Source: Clostridia bacterium
GTDB taxonomy: Bacteria; Bacillota; Clostridia; Christensenellales; CAG-314
Direction: 5' to 3'
Assembly: GCA_017457305.1 (NCBI GenBank)
Contig: JAFTHP010000034.1
Coordinates: 6,414 to 70,413 of the forward strand
DNA: 64,000 nt
Shown here: piece by piece, positions 1 to 9,778 of the stretch
Numbering within the stretch: position 1 is the first letter of the stretch
Layout of the letters: each line of letters starts with the position of its first letter
The notes under the pieces: model-generated
Databases searched by the model: none
The model's input: the letters and a program-made list of their open reading frames with translations, nothing else
What the model was told of the DNA's origin: nothing
Program-made: the position numbers and the translations under genes

Positions 1-1647
1 TTATTTTGTAGGTTTAAAGCTATCTTTTAGTCCAACAATTTCGTTAAACACAATATTTTGTGGTGTGGAGTCCTTATCAACCACATAATAGCCTATGCGC
101 ATAAATTGGAACTTATCTTCAACGTTAGCTGTTGTCAAGCTTTGTTCAACCTTGGCAGTTACCACTTTTAAGCTGTCTTGGTTGAAACGAAGGTTAAAGT
201 CTGTGATGCCATCTACTACGTCGGTAAGCAAACTTTGCAATTTGCGAACAGTAACGTCAACGCAGGTATTTGCGTCTACCCATTGGATAACGCCCTTAAC
301 CTTTACACCGCTTGTATCTTCGCCAGATTTGCTGTTGGCAACAACGGAACAACGAAGTTCCTTAACTTCGCCATTGTCATCCAAGATAACTTCGTCACAA
401 TGGATGATGTATGCACCCTTCAAGCGAACGTATCCATCTGGTTTAAGACGGTAGTACTTGGGTGGGGGTACAAGGGCAAAGTCGGCGCGGTCAATGTACA
501 ATTCATTGCTAAATGGAACGTCACGATAAGTTACGGTTTCTTCGTTTGGATTGTTTTCTACACGAAGTGTTTCGCTTCCTTGGTAGTTGGTTAGAACCAC
601 CTTGATTGGATCAAATACCGCCATAACACGGCTTGTTGTGCGGTTGAGTTCTTCTCGAACACAGGATTGCAAGTAGCTTTCTTCCACTTCGCTGTTGGCC
701 TTGGATACACCAATGCGGTCGCAAAAATCGCGTAGCGCTGCTGCTGGATAACCACGGCGACGAAGACCGCTAAGTGTTGGCATACGTGGATCGTCCCAAC
801 CCATTACCTTGCCTTCGTCCACAAGCTTTTTCAAAAAGCGCTTGGACATGATTGTGTTGGTGATGTTTAGGCGGGCAAACTCAATTTGTTGTGGACGTGG
901 TTGTGGAAAATCACAGTTGTTAACAACCCAATCGTACAGTGGACGATGGTCTTCAAACTCCAACGTGCAAATGGAGTGTGTGATACCTTCGTAAGCGTCT
1001 TCGATTGGATGAGCAAAGTCGTACATTGGGTATATGCACCACTTGTCCCCTGTGTTGTGGTGAGTTGCGTGTAACACACGGTACAAGATTGGGTCACGCA
1101 TGTTAACGTTAGGGGAACTCATATCAATTTTTGCACGCAAAACGCGTGTTCCGTCGGCAAATTTGCCATCACGCATATCGTAGAAAAGTTGTAGGTTTTC
1201 TTCCACACTACGGTTGCGGTAGGGGCTTTCCTTGCCTGGTTCTGTCAAGGAACCCCTGGATTCGCGGATTTGTTCGGCAGTTTCGTCACTTACGTAGGCA
1301 AGTCCTTTTTTGATAAGAAGCACAGCGCAATCGAACATTACGTCGAAGTAGTCGCTGGCAAACAAAAGCTTATCCCACTCAAAGCCCAACCATTGGATAT
1401 CACGCATAATGCTTTGTACATACTCGGTATCTTCCTTGCTGGGGTTGGTGTCGTCAAAACGAAGGTTGCATTTTCCACCGTATTTAGCTTTCATACCAAA
1501 GTTGATGCAAAGACTCTTTGCGTGGCCAACGTGCAAGTAACCATTTGGTTCTGGTGGGAAACGTGTGTAAACGGTTGTCACCTTGCCGCTAGCAAGGTCG
1601 CCGTCGATTATATCTTCAATAAAATTTTTAAATTCAACTTCACTCAT
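1..1647 (-). CDS. glnS: glutamine--tRNA ligase (GlnRS)
   Basis: Complete 548-aa ORF (stop at 1-3, ATG at 1645-1647). Class I signatures HVGHAKS (HIGH) and IMSKR (KMSKS-type). Typical GlnRS N-terminus [11 protein letters not shown]. Confidence 0.93.
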   Translation of the reverse strand: MSEVEFKNFIEDIIDGDLASGKVTTVYTRFPPEPNGYLHVGHAKSLCINFGMKAKYGGKCNLRFDDTNPSKEDTEYVQSIMRDIQWLGFEWDKLLFASDYFDVMFDCAVLLIKKGLAYVSDETAEQIRESRGSLTEPGKESPYRNRSVEENLQLFYDMRDGKFADGTRVLRAKIDMSSPNVNMRDPILYRVLHATHHNTGDKWCIYPMYDFAHPIEDAYEGITHSICTLEFEDHRPLYDWVVNNCDFPQPRPQQIEFARLNITNTIMSKRFLKKLVDEGKVMGWDDPRMPTLSGLRRRGYPAAALRDFCDRIGVSKANSEVEESYLQSCVREELNRTTSRVMAVFDPIKVVLTNYQGSETLRVENNPNEETVTYRDVPFSNELYIDRADFALVPPPKYYRLKPDGYVRLKGAYIIHCDEVILDDNGEVKELRCSVVANSKSGEDTSGVKVKGVIQWVDANTCVDVTVRKLQSLLTDVVDGITDFNLRFNQDSLKVVTAKVEQSLTTANVEDKFQFMRIGYYVVDKDSTPQNIVFNEIVGLKDSFKPTK

Positions 1648-1727
1648 AATTGGTAAATCTCTCTGTAATTTTTGTTATTGTAAGCGCATTTAAGTGCGTT
1701 AGTTGATATTTTTAAGTAGGTTATCTA

Positions 1728-3281
1728 TTAAAAATCGTCGTTGATTGTATCGGGAGCATCAACAAAGTCGTCCTCAATATCATCCACAACAAATTCCGTT
1801 TCTTCCCCCGTTGCATCGGTCATCAATTCTGGAATATTATCTACCGAAATTGATGGGGATTGTTGTTGAGCTTGATCGCTATCAGCGTTCAACTGAGCAA
1901 CAAAATCTTGATCGGCAAAGCGAACGTACTTGCCAAGCCATACAAGTGGAATATTGCCCGTTTCACCGTTACGGTGCTTAGCAACAATAAGGCTGTGTTT
2001 TACTGAACCATTTTCGTCCTTTTCCTTGTGGATGAACAATACGATGTCGGCGTCCTGTTCGATAGCGCCAGACTCACGCAAGTCGGACAATACTGGTTCG
2101 CCACTGCCGCCTTCCTTGCCCTTTTGAGCATTACGTGCGTCAACGTCACGCTTCAACTGTGACAATGCAATTACTGGAACCTTAAGTTCCTTTGCCATTA
2201 GCTTGAGGGCACGTGTGATTGCGGCAACTTCTGCTTGACGGCCTTGCTTTGGATCGGTACCACCACTCATAAGTTGGATGTAGTCGATAACAACCAAATC
2301 CAAGCCGTGCTGAGCCTTGAGTCTGCGGCATTGGCTGGAAATTTCCGATGGTTTTACGTTTGGATAGTCATTGCCGTACAAGTTCATATTGGAGCAAATA
2401 ACTTCCTGCGCGCGACGGAGCTTTGCAAGGTCCTGTTCGCCTGCTGGCAAGTGACCGTTTTTGATAAACTGCAATGGAACTGTGGACATTGCCGAAAGCA
2501 TACGTTCAAGTAGCTGTTCGTTACTCATTTCCAAGCTGAACACAGCAACTGTGTGCCCTTGCTTGGCAACGTTTTCTACAATGTTCATTGCAAGTGCCGA
2601 TTTACCTACACCGGGACGAGCCGCCAAAACGATAAGTTCGCCGGGATGAAGGCCGTTTGTCATATAGTCGAACTGTCTAAAACCAGTTTGGATACCCTTG
2701 AATCCATCGGGGTTTACAAAACGTTCGTTAATCTTGAGCATAGTACGAGCAACGTCCTGCGCCAAGTTTACCAAACCACCATTGCTACCGCCTTGGGAAA
2801 GCTGGAAGATGGATTCTTCGGCATAGGTGATAGCTTCTTCAGCGCTAGCGGAAGAGTATGCCTTTTGTGTAACCTTACCACAAATATCAATTAGCTTGCG
2901 CATTGTGGAACAACGCTTTACAATAGCAACGTATTCGTCGTAGTTGGACGTGCCTGGAAGCAGGTCGTTCAATCGCATGATGTAGTCGATATCGCCAACT
3001 TGGGATAGCTTGCCGTTGCGACGCAAACAGTCGATTACTGTTGCAAAGTTTACTGTGTCAATTTGGTCGGCATCGCCCACCTTGTGAGATTGCACAGAAA
3101 TTTGTTGCATTGCAGCAAAAATGATAGCGTGATTTTGCTGATAAAAATCACTTTCGTCAAGTTGAGCAATGATTTCCAACTGGATATCCTGATTGCGCAT
3201 AATACAGCACAATACGTTTTGTTCTGCTTCTACACTATTTGGCAATGTTGCCGTTACTGAATTGACCGTTTTTGTAGGCAT
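1728..3281 (-). CDS. dnaB: replicative DNA helicase (DnaB family) with acidic C-terminal extension
   Basis: ORF track 1728..3332. Start moved to ATG 3279-3281 (MPTKTV), which is preceded by an AAGGGG SD. DnaB N-terminal domain (EAEQNVLCCIM), Walker A ARPGVGKSALAMN, C-terminal RecA-like core ending VAKHRNGETG. Confidence 0.92.
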   Translation of the reverse strand: MPTKTVNSVTATLPNSVEAEQNVLCCIMRNQDIQLEIIAQLDESDFYQQNHAIIFAAMQQISVQSHKVGDADQIDTVNFATVIDCLRRNGKLSQVGDIDYIMRLNDLLPGTSNYDEYVAIVKRCSTMRKLIDICGKVTQKAYSSASAEEAITYAEESIFQLSQGGSNGGLVNLAQDVARTMLKINERFVNPDGFKGIQTGFRQFDYMTNGLHPGELIVLAARPGVGKSALAMNIVENVAKQGHTVAVFSLEMSNEQLLERMLSAMSTVPLQFIKNGHLPAGEQDLAKLRRAQEVICSNMNLYGNDYPNVKPSEISSQCRRLKAQHGLDLVVIDYIQLMSGGTDPKQGRQAEVAAITRALKLMAKELKVPVIALSQLKRDVDARNAQKGKEGGSGEPVLSDLRESGAIEQDADIVLFIHKEKDENGSVKHSLIVAKHRNGETGNIPLVWLGKYVRFADQDFVAQLNADSDQAQQQSPSISVDNIPELMTDATGEETEFVVDDIEDDFVDAPDTINDDF

Positions 3282-3353
3282 TTTTGTCCCCTTGTGGTTG
3301 TAAAATGGCAAATAATTGGTGCAAAAACCCAAAAAATTTGCATAGATATGTCA

Positions 3354-3382
3354 ATTATACTATTTTTTTTGAGATAAATCAA
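3354..3382 (-). promoter_or_regulatory. sigma-A-type promoter upstream of dnaB (TTGATT-17-TATAAT)
   Basis: Reverse complement reads TTGATT TATCTCAAAAAAAATAG TATAAT. About 70 nt upstream of the dnaB ATG. Confidence 0.6.
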
Positions 3383-3459
3383 CGAAAAGGGATAATTATT
3401 ATATAAAAATATATGCAAATAAAATCAAAAAGAGCATTTGACACACTCAACACACAAAA

Positions 3460-3494
3460 ATAAATCAAAAAGCCAGCGCTAACTTGTGCTGGCT
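3460..3494 (-). terminator. intrinsic terminator after VanW-domain gene
   Basis: Minus-strand RNA AGCCAGC-loop-GCTGGCT followed by UUUUGAUUUAUUUU. Confidence 0.7.
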
Positions 3495-3579
3495 ACTGTA
3501 TTTTGCAATGTTTTTTTGTAAAAAAGTTATTCAAGCCCCATTTGCCAATCTAGTAGCAAAAACCAACGTCCCCAAACTG

Positions 3580-4752
3580 CTACTCATAGGTAACTACTTT
3601 GTCTACCTTTTTGTAAGTTACCGTTCGCAACTTGACAGTTTTTACCAGCACTTCCCCCAAATAATAGTTTAGGTAGGCAGTTGCCACCACCCCATCACTT
3701 CCGTTTTGAACAACCTTGGCTTGACAGTTTTCTCCGCTAGGAGCATTGCTCTCGATAGTATCAAATGGAATTCTTGTTTGTTCACACGTGCGCTCCACAC
3801 GATACCTATTTGCCACTCCGTAGATAGAGAAGGAAACATAGTTATCCTCAACAGTTGCACAAATGTACACAGGTTTACTTGTGGTGTTTTCAAAAGTTAA
3901 GTCTGCCACGTTATCTGCAACCATAGCGTCAAATGACGGCAACACATAGCTAGGCACAAGGGAGTGACTGCTTGCTTTTGGCATAAATCCTGCAAGTAAC
4001 AAAGCATTGTACAACGTTGTAGAAACTTGACAAACTCCGCCACCAACGCCGTCCACGTAATTGCCTTGGCTGATAACCTTGGCAACCTTGTACCCTTGCG
4101 CAACAGTTCTGCAACCAACAGTTGTGTTGAAGCTAAATGTTTGGCCTGGCTTTACTACAGTTCCGTCCAACGTGTTTGCTGCAAGTTTAATGTTGTGCAC
4201 ACGATTTGTGTTGTCCTTGTTGAAGTAGGTAGTAAATGAACTTTTGTGTACAGTAATAGCCTTTAGTTGCTTTGGTTGTACCGCTAAACTAACAATAGTG
4301 GGTAATTCAATGTGTTTGTGTGTGCCATTGCTTGACAGTAGCAAAGCCACCAATTTGTCTACGTTTATCGCAACCCCATTGGTGCTGTCGGTGTAGGTTA
4401 GCTTGCCCTTTTTTACCACCACAGTGCTATCTACCTTGTCCACGTTCACGTAGGCAAAGTGATCTATTATCTTGCTAAATCCTGGCAAAATGTAGTTTGC
4501 AACTACGTGCTTTTCTAGTCCTTGACTAAGTAGCTGATGGTATAATTTTAGCTTGGCTTTTGCCCCTAGATATGTGCTGGCATTGGCATCACCGCACCTA
4601 GACATTTGGTAATAGTAACTGTCGTTGCCACATGTTATCGTTGCAACCACATCCCATGGTCTAACTTCCTGTGCCAAGCCGCTTGGACAAGAAAAAACGC
4701 CTGCAAAAATTGCAAGCGTAAGTAATGTTATTGTAATTAGTTTTTTGTACAA
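3580..4752 (-). CDS. VanW domain-containing secreted protein
   Basis: 390-aa ORF with TTG start and an N-terminal signal/TM segment (ITITLLTLAIFAGVF). VanW-type core GQTFSFNTTVG...GGGVCQVSTTLYNA. Confidence 0.8.
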   Translation of the reverse strand: MYKKLITITLLTLAIFAGVFSCPSGLAQEVRPWDVVATITCGNDSYYYQMSRCGDANASTYLGAKAKLKLYHQLLSQGLEKHVVANYILPGFSKIIDHFAYVNVDKVDSTVVVKKGKLTYTDSTNGVAINVDKLVALLLSSNGTHKHIELPTIVSLAVQPKQLKAITVHKSSFTTYFNKDNTNRVHNIKLAANTLDGTVVKPGQTFSFNTTVGCRTVAQGYKVAKVISQGNYVDGVGGGVCQVSTTLYNALLLAGFMPKASSHSLVPSYVLPSFDAMVADNVADLTFENTTSKPVYICATVEDNYVSFSIYGVANRYRVERTCEQTRIPFDTIESNAPSGENCQAKVVQNGSDGVVATAYLNYYLGEVLVKTVKLRTVTYKKVDKVVTYE

Positions 4753-4757
4753 AGTGA

Positions 4758-5567
4758 TTAAATTCCCAATATCTTTTTTGTGTAGCCGTTGGGCGAAAAG
4801 CTTTGTGTGCCAAGTTCTATTCCGTGAGTGTAATCGTGGAAGTCACTTCCGCCCGTTTCAATTAGATTGTATTTTTTGGCTAGTTTGCTGTAAATCTTAC
4901 GCTCATTGCTATTGTGTGCAAAATAGAGCGCTTCCATACCGGCAAGACCAATGGCAACTAGTGGCTTGATAAACTCCTCTAGTTGTGTTATGTCCATATG
5001 AAGTTGCTTTGGATGTGCTAAAACAGGTATTCCACCATACTTTAGTATAAACTGTATGCCTTCGGTTGGTGTTAGTCGCTTTGTTTGCACATAGCAACAC
5101 TTGTCTACGCCAAGGTACTTTTCAAATACGTCTGGCACAGATTGACAGTAGCCTAGACGCACCATTTCTCTAGCTAGAACGCCCCTGCCTACACTACCTT
5201 TTTTGCAAAGCTCATCTAGGTCAATAGGGAATCCGTGTTCGGCTAGCTTTTGTACAATTAGCTGATTACGGTAGTGGCGCATATTGGATATTTGTTGAAT
5301 ATCCTGCTCAAAGCCTGGCAATGTTGTATCCAAGTTGTATCCTAACACGTGAACTTCGCAACCATCCACGCAGGATAGCTCCACACCAGTGATGCAATGA
5401 ATACCCAACTGCTTGGCCGTTTGCTTGGCAACTTCTACGCCGGCAACTGTGTCGTGATCGGTAATGGCAACGCAATGCAAACCGCGTTCGCTTGCCATTG
5501 TGATAATTTGCTGTGGCGAATAAATGCCATCAGAACAATTTGTGTGTATATGTAAATCGCATTTCAT
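4758..5567 (-). CDS. PHP-domain metal-dependent phosphoesterase (TrpH/YciV-like)
   Basis: Track ORF 4758..5684. Start moved to ATG 5565-5567 (MKCDLHIHTNCSDG), the canonical PHP N-terminus. A promoter lies immediately upstream and there is no SD. Confidence 0.82.
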   Translation of the reverse strand: MKCDLHIHTNCSDGIYSPQQIITMASERGLHCVAITDHDTVAGVEVAKQTAKQLGIHCITGVELSCVDGCEVHVLGYNLDTTLPGFEQDIQQISNMRHYRNQLIVQKLAEHGFPIDLDELCKKGSVGRGVLAREMVRLGYCQSVPDVFEKYLGVDKCCYVQTKRLTPTEGIQFILKYGGIPVLAHPKQLHMDITQLEEFIKPLVAIGLAGMEALYFAHNSNERKIYSKLAKKYNLIETGGSDFHDYTHGIELGTQSFSPNGYTKKILGI

Positions 5568-5573
5568 ACTGTC

Positions 5574-5603
5574 AATATAACATAAAAAGGGTAATGCTGT
5601 CAA
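5574..5603 (-). promoter_or_regulatory. sigma-A-type promoter abutting the PHP start codon (TTGACA-18-TATATT, extended TG)
   Basis: Reverse complement reads TTGACA GCATTACCCTTTTTATGT TATATT GACAGT ATG. The -10 box ends 6 nt before the ATG. Confidence 0.6.
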
Positions 5604-5718
5604 ATAAAAGCGCAAAATCAACAAATGATATTGCAAATTGCCCTTGCAATCCTTGAAATTGATATTCATCTTACCTTTTGGCAAATATAACGGAATATCT
5701 GTGCTTCAACTTGTTAGC

Positions 5719-5750
5719 AAAAAAAGACACACCGCAAAAGGTGTGTCTTT
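5719..5750 (-). terminator. intrinsic terminator after acyltransferase gene
   Basis: Minus-strand RNA AAAGACACACC-UUUUGC-GGUGUGUCUUU followed by a U-run. Confidence 0.75.
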
Positions 5751-5755
5751 AATTG

Positions 5756-6904
5756 TTATTTACATTGTTCTTCTACAAGCAAGTTAAGCTTAAAGGTGCT
5801 ACCCACTTGGTCTTGGCGAACAAGTCGGTAAATTGCCTTTTCTGTGGCAAAGTACAGGTGGTCGTTATCAAAGGACAAGGTATACAATACGCCTTTTTTG
5901 AAAAACTCCACGTTTTCCCCAATGGTCAACGTTACACCAGTGTGATCGTGCACCAGTTCTGCTGGACCAATTTCAACGTACTTTTTGCCATCAAGTTGCT
6001 CGGCAACAAACCACTTTTGCGTGCGATATCCTTCTTGCAATACTTCTTGGCGGCAACAATCACGTTGCCAATCCACCCAATCGGTAACCTTGTCAAAGCG
6101 GCAACCTTCTAGCTGACCAAGGGTGTTTTGCACAACTTGTAACCCACACTTGGTGCAAGTAAGGGTATTCCCCTTGGAGGTCATAACAAACTCCTCGTTG
6201 CAAACGGGACACTTGTACAATAGGTGCTCAATCCCTTCAGCTAGGTCAGGTGTATCAATGTGGATGTTGTTGGCAAGCTGATATGCGTAGTCGTCACAAG
6301 CAAGGTTAGCAATAATTCTGCTGTGAATTTCTTCGGCGGAGATAGTCTTGGCTTCATCGGCGGTAACTGCCAGTTGAACGTCCGCTGTCATTGGTAAAAA
6401 TCTTTTTGTCTTTGCCCAACGTGGCTTGTGAAGGTAGTTTCCGTTGAAACGCACAGTAACAAGGGGAACCTTGAGCATCTTGATTAGCTTGGCAACAGCA
6501 GGTTTGATTATACTTTGCCTTCCGTCGGCAGAAAGCTTTGCTTCTGGGTAGATTACAACAGGACGGTTTTTTGACAAAACGTACTTGATATCCCTAATTA
6601 AACTGGTATCCACGGTAAATTGCTTCTTTGGCAACACGCCAAAACGGTTGATGAGCTTGGGCCACTTGATAATTTGCGTTTCGGAAATTACAAAGCTGGC
6701 GCAATTTGGGTAGAGCATCATAACCATACCGGCAACGTCGGCAAAACTTGCGTGGTTTGCCACAACAACAAAAGGAGCTTTTAGTTGCGACAGCACACCC
6801 TCGTCAATTAGCTTTACTCGTTTGGAAAAATAACGTTTTCCATAAAATGTTATTCCTGCTTTGATAAGAAATTTACTTGCCAATATTGGCTTCTTTTTCT
6901 TCAT
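5756..6904 (-). CDS. lysophospholipid (PlsC-family) acyltransferase with C-terminal zinc-ribbon domain
   Basis: Track ORF 5756..6952. Start moved to ATG 6902-6904 (MKKKKPIL) with an AGGGGAAG SD; the longer version would run through the upstream terminator. HX4D motif NHASFAD. C-terminal CPVC...CTKC. Confidence 0.78.
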   Translation of the reverse strand: MKKKKPILASKFLIKAGITFYGKRYFSKRVKLIDEGVLSQLKAPFVVVANHASFADVAGMVMMLYPNCASFVISETQIIKWPKLINRFGVLPKKQFTVDTSLIRDIKYVLSKNRPVVIYPEAKLSADGRQSIIKPAVAKLIKMLKVPLVTVRFNGNYLHKPRWAKTKRFLPMTADVQLAVTADEAKTISAEEIHSRIIANLACDDYAYQLANNIHIDTPDLAEGIEHLLYKCPVCNEEFVMTSKGNTLTCTKCGLQVVQNTLGQLEGCRFDKVTDWVDWQRDCCRQEVLQEGYRTQKWFVAEQLDGKKYVEIGPAELVHDHTGVTLTIGENVEFFKKGVLYTLSFDNDHLYFATEKAIYRLVRQDQVGSTFKLNLLVEEQCK

Positions 6905-6922
6905 AACACTTCCCCTGTAAAC

Positions 6923-6949
6923 AAAAAATCCCACAGCATTGCCGTGGGA
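6923..6949 (-). terminator. intrinsic terminator after yabP-yabQ-divIC
   Basis: Minus-strand RNA UCCCACGGC-AAU-GCUGUGGGA followed by UUUUUUG. Confidence 0.7.
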
Positions 6950-6961
6950 CATAAATGTGCA

Positions 6962-7258
6962 TTATTTGTTGGACTGGTAATCCTGTATCCAAATGGTAAC
7001 ATCTTCGCTACTTACCATACCATGTTCGTATGCCCACATAATTACATACTCGTTAGTTTGCATAAAATCCAACGTGGCTTTGTGCGCATCTTGATCATTT
7101 TGTGCTTGTTCGATTAGTGCGGTTAGCTCTTCCACCTTTTGATTGATGGCTGCCATTTGCGTGAGCAAAGTTAGCAACATGCAAACTAGCACTATCAGCA
7201 CCAACATTGCTGCCACGAACAGAACGGATGATTTTTTGTTGTAAAAAATGTGTTCCAT
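6962..7258 (-). CDS. divIC: septum formation initiator (DivIC/FtsB-like)
   Basis: About 98 aa: N-terminal TM, a coiled coil (INQKVEELTALIEQAQNDQ), and a C-terminal EYVIMWAYEHGMVSSEDV resembling the DivIC/FtsB tail. GGTGGA SD before ATG 7256-7258. Synteny matches yabP-yabQ-divIC of Bacillus. Confidence 0.65.
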   Translation of the reverse strand: MEHIFYNKKSSVLFVAAMLVLIVLVCMLLTLLTQMAAINQKVEELTALIEQAQNDQDAHKATLDFMQTNEYVIMWAYEHGMVSSEDVTIWIQDYQSNK

Positions 7259-7583
7259 CAACTTTGTCCACCTTTATTGTAGTGAACAAATTATACAACG
7301 CAACGCGCAGTTTGTCAAGCATAGATTTGCACAAATAGACAGGCAAAAGCCAACCTCCTACTGTTGCAACAAACACATACCACCTACACGCCCCATTGTT
7401 GAAGTGCAAATTGAGCCAAAACAGCAATGGAAATGCCAATAGCGAAAACAAAATATCGGCAATAAGAGTAGGCAATCTACCTTGCACAGCACAACAAACA
7501 ACGTGGTAAAACACCGAAAGCAGTACCGACGTTGCACACAAAAGAGCAAAGACGCCAAGTGTAGACAATGCCGTTTCCGTCAA
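7095..7583 (-). CDS. yabQ: spore cortex biosynthesis membrane protein YabQ-like
   Basis: 162-aa ORF whose TTG start overlaps the yabP stop (TTGA). Four hydrophobic segments. Position between yabP and divIC. Its 3' end overlaps divIC by 164 nt in another frame. Confidence 0.55.
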   Translation of the reverse strand: MTETALSTLGVFALLCATSVLLSVFYHVVCCAVQGRLPTLIADILFSLLAFPLLFWLNLHFNNGACRWYVFVATVGGWLLPVYLCKSMLDKLRVALYNLFTTIKVDKVDGTHFLQQKIIRSVRGSNVGADSASLHVANFAHANGSHQSKGGRANRTNRTSTK

Positions 7584-7825
7584 CGGAACAACCCCTTTAG
7601 TCCAGCAGATTTACTCCTATACGTAATGCTAATTAACGTTGCAACTTGCAAAACTACGCACCCAGATTGGTTATCCAATTTGGCAATATTTAGGTCTGTT
7701 CCTTTTACAACAACGGTACTTTCTTCGGTAGTAAATATCCCCTCTGTTGGCGTGATTTGGTTAACCTTTGTTACCCCCTGCAACGTTAAAACGCTAGCAG
7801 AATAACTGATGCTATGTTGTTGCAC
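7580..7825 (-). CDS. yabP: sporulation protein YabP
   Basis: 81 aa, GTG start with a GGAGT SD. YabP-like pattern LTLQGVTKVNQITPTEGIFTTEESTVVVKGTDLNIAKLD. Confidence 0.78.
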   Translation of the reverse strand: MQQHSISYSASVLTLQGVTKVNQITPTEGIFTTEESTVVVKGTDLNIAKLDNQSGCVVLQVATLISITYRSKSAGLKGLFR

Positions 7826-8016
7826 AATGATACTCCATTACTTTGTTTACACTAGTATATGACCAGTAATTCCGTGTTATGATTTTTATCAAAAAAACTT
7901 AATATTCAAAAACAATTTATGACAAGATTTGCAACACACAATTTCACATTAATATACAAGTAAAGTGGTTTAACTGCTTTAATAGCAGTATTTAACAAAA
8001 CAATATACACATTTTA

Positions 8017-8055
8017 CAAAAAAACAGGAAGAAACAAAATATAGCTTCTTCCTGT
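8017..8055 (-). terminator. intrinsic terminator after cysS
   Basis: Minus-strand RNA ACAGGAAGAA-loop-UUCUUCCUGU followed by UUUUUUU. Confidence 0.8.
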
Positions 8056-8078
8056 AAATATTGGATTTTTTAGGTAGG

Positions 8079-9467
8079 TTATTTCTTTGTGATTTCGTAT
8101 CCGTTTGCTGTATCCTTGATGAGATATCCTAGTTCAGCTATTTGGTTACGAAGCGTATCGGACAATGCCCAGTTCTTTTCCTTGCGAGCTGCCAAACGTT
8201 GTTCAGCTAGATCCGCAACTTCTTGTGGAACCACGATTTGTTCCTTAACTTCCTTTACCTTGTCGAAATTCAAAGCAAACACCTTGTCCCACTTTAGTGC
8301 AAGTTGGTATACGTCCTTGGACTTGGGCAACTTTAGTAGTGTCCACAATACGCCAATAGCAAGTGGCAAGTTGAGGTCGTCGTTGATTGCTTCCTCGAAC
8401 TTTGTGTCGTATTCCTTGAGGATTGCTGGATCGGTTGTAGCTGGACTGTTCTTGTGTGCAACAAGTTGTGCTGCCAATTTGTTGTAGGCGTTCTTTGCTG
8501 CTTCCATACCTTCCCAAGTGAAGTTAATCTTTTGACGGTATTGGACGTTTAGACAGAAGTATCTGAACATAACTGGGTCGTAGCCTGCGTTTACCAAATC
8601 GGTAACGGTGTAGGTGTTACCCAGGGATTTGCTCATTTTGCCACCATCAATTAGCATAAATTCGCTGTGCATCCAGTAGTTAACTGCCTTTTGACCAAGC
8701 CAGCACTCTGCTTGTGCAATTTCGTTTTCGTGGTGGATGGGGATGTGGTCTACACCACCTGTGTGAATATCGAACACCTTGCCAAGGTATTTTTCCGACA
8801 TAGCTGTGCACTCAATGTGCCAACCTGGAAAGCCCATTCCCCAAGGGGAAGCCCATTGTTGAAGGTGATTGGGGCTAGCTGTCTTCCACAAAGCAAAGTC
8901 AATTGGGTGACGCTTAAAGCTGTTAACTTCTACACGTGCGCCGTGGCGTTGGTCTTCTAGTCTGATTCCGCTAAGCTTGCCGTAATTGGGGAACTTTTCT
9001 ACAGAAAAATAAATTCCGTCTTCCGTTTCGTAAGCGTAGCCTTTTTCTAGCAAGTCTTCTACAACCTTGATCATTGGTCCAATATTATCGGTAGCCTTGG
9101 GGCACACTGTTGGGCGCTTGATGTTGAGCGCATCAATATCCTTCATAAATTGATCGGTGTAGAAGGCGGCAATTTCCAATGGAGTTTTGCCCGTTTCGTG
9201 AGCGGATTTGCTCATTTTATCTTCGCCATCGTCCCCGTCGGATACCAAGTGGCCAACGTCGGTGATATTCATAACGGACTTTACCTTGTAGCCGTTGTAT
9301 TCCAAAACACGTCTAAGTTCGTCCATAAAAACATATGCACGAAGGTTACCAATGTGCGCATACTTGTATACTGTTGGTCCACAGCTGTACATTGATACTT
9401 GATTGGGTTTTACTGTAACTAATTCTTCCTTTTGACGAGTCAATGTGTTGTAAACACGAAGTTTCAT
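8079..9467 (-). CDS. cysS: cysteine--tRNA ligase
   Basis: Track ORF 8079..9476. ATG 9465-9467 (MKLRVYNTL) is preferred because the AGGAAG SD sits 8 nt upstream of it. HIGH motif [14 protein letters not shown] motif KMSKSLGN. Confidence 0.94.
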   Translation of the reverse strand: MKLRVYNTLTRQKEELVTVKPNQVSMYSCGPTVYKYAHIGNLRAYVFMDELRRVLEYNGYKVKSVMNITDVGHLVSDGDDGEDKMSKSAHETGKTPLEIAAFYTDQFMKDIDALNIKRPTVCPKATDNIGPMIKVVEDLLEKGYAYETEDGIYFSVEKFPNYGKLSGIRLEDQRHGARVEVNSFKRHPIDFALWKTASPNHLQQWASPWGMGFPGWHIECTAMSEKYLGKVFDIHTGGVDHIPIHHENEIAQAECWLGQKAVNYWMHSEFMLIDGGKMSKSLGNTYTVTDLVNAGYDPVMFRYFCLNVQYRQKINFTWEGMEAAKNAYNKLAAQLVAHKNSPATTDPAILKEYDTKFEEAINDDLNLPLAIGVLWTLLKLPKSKDVYQLALKWDKVFALNFDKVKEVKEQIVVPQEVADLAEQRLAARKEKNWALSDTLRNQIAELGYLIKDTANGYEITKK

Positions 9468-9499
9468 TTTGTACACTTCCTAATAGTTTTGTTGCAATT

Positions 9500-9528
9500 A
9501 TTGTATCACAAAACAACAAGTAAATCAA
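9500..9528 (-). promoter_or_regulatory. sigma-A-type promoter of cysS (TTGATT-17-TACAAT, TGn extended -10)
   Basis: Reverse complement reads TTGATT TACTTGTTGTTTTGTGA TACAAT. It leaves only a short leader, so there is no room for a T-box. Confidence 0.6.
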
Positions 9529-9749
9529 CTATTACCCACCCATTTGTGATTGTTACAAAAAAATAATATGGTTTACACAACAACTACACCAATGATATCT
9601 ACCAAAAGGCTGTCTTTGACGCAACCATGTGCCAATTCCATAAAGAAAAATGCAACTTGCAGTAACACAAATTAATTCTGCCACACTACTTGCTCACACC
9701 GTCAGCAAAACAAATTACAACAAAATAACACAAAATAACGTCCACGCGG

Positions 9750-9778
9750 TTGCGACACCAATGGGTTTGTGATATAAT
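9750..9778 (+). promoter_or_regulatory. sigma-A-type promoter of DUF308 membrane gene (TTGCGA-17-TATAAT, TGn)
   Basis: TTGCGA CACCAATGGGTTTGTGA TATAAT, about 110 nt upstream of ATG 9896. Confidence 0.55.

Noticed and set aside
5568-5684. N-terminal extensions offered by the ORF track: PHP 5684, acyltransferase 6952, ABC exporter 21837, zinc-ribbon 24833, nadD 32589, minD 36125, VanZ 42821, methyltransferase 51114, PPTase 51188, TetR 59969 and dnaB 3332.
   Set aside because: In each case an internal start gives the canonical family N-terminus and has an SD or an abutting promoter. The extension covers promoters, terminators or the upstream gene.
9529-9749. 220-nt spacer between the divergent cysS and DUF308 promoters, considered as a possible 6S-like or other ncRNA.
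   Set aside because: I found no promoter, terminator, extended helix or repeat in it. There is nothing to support a call.
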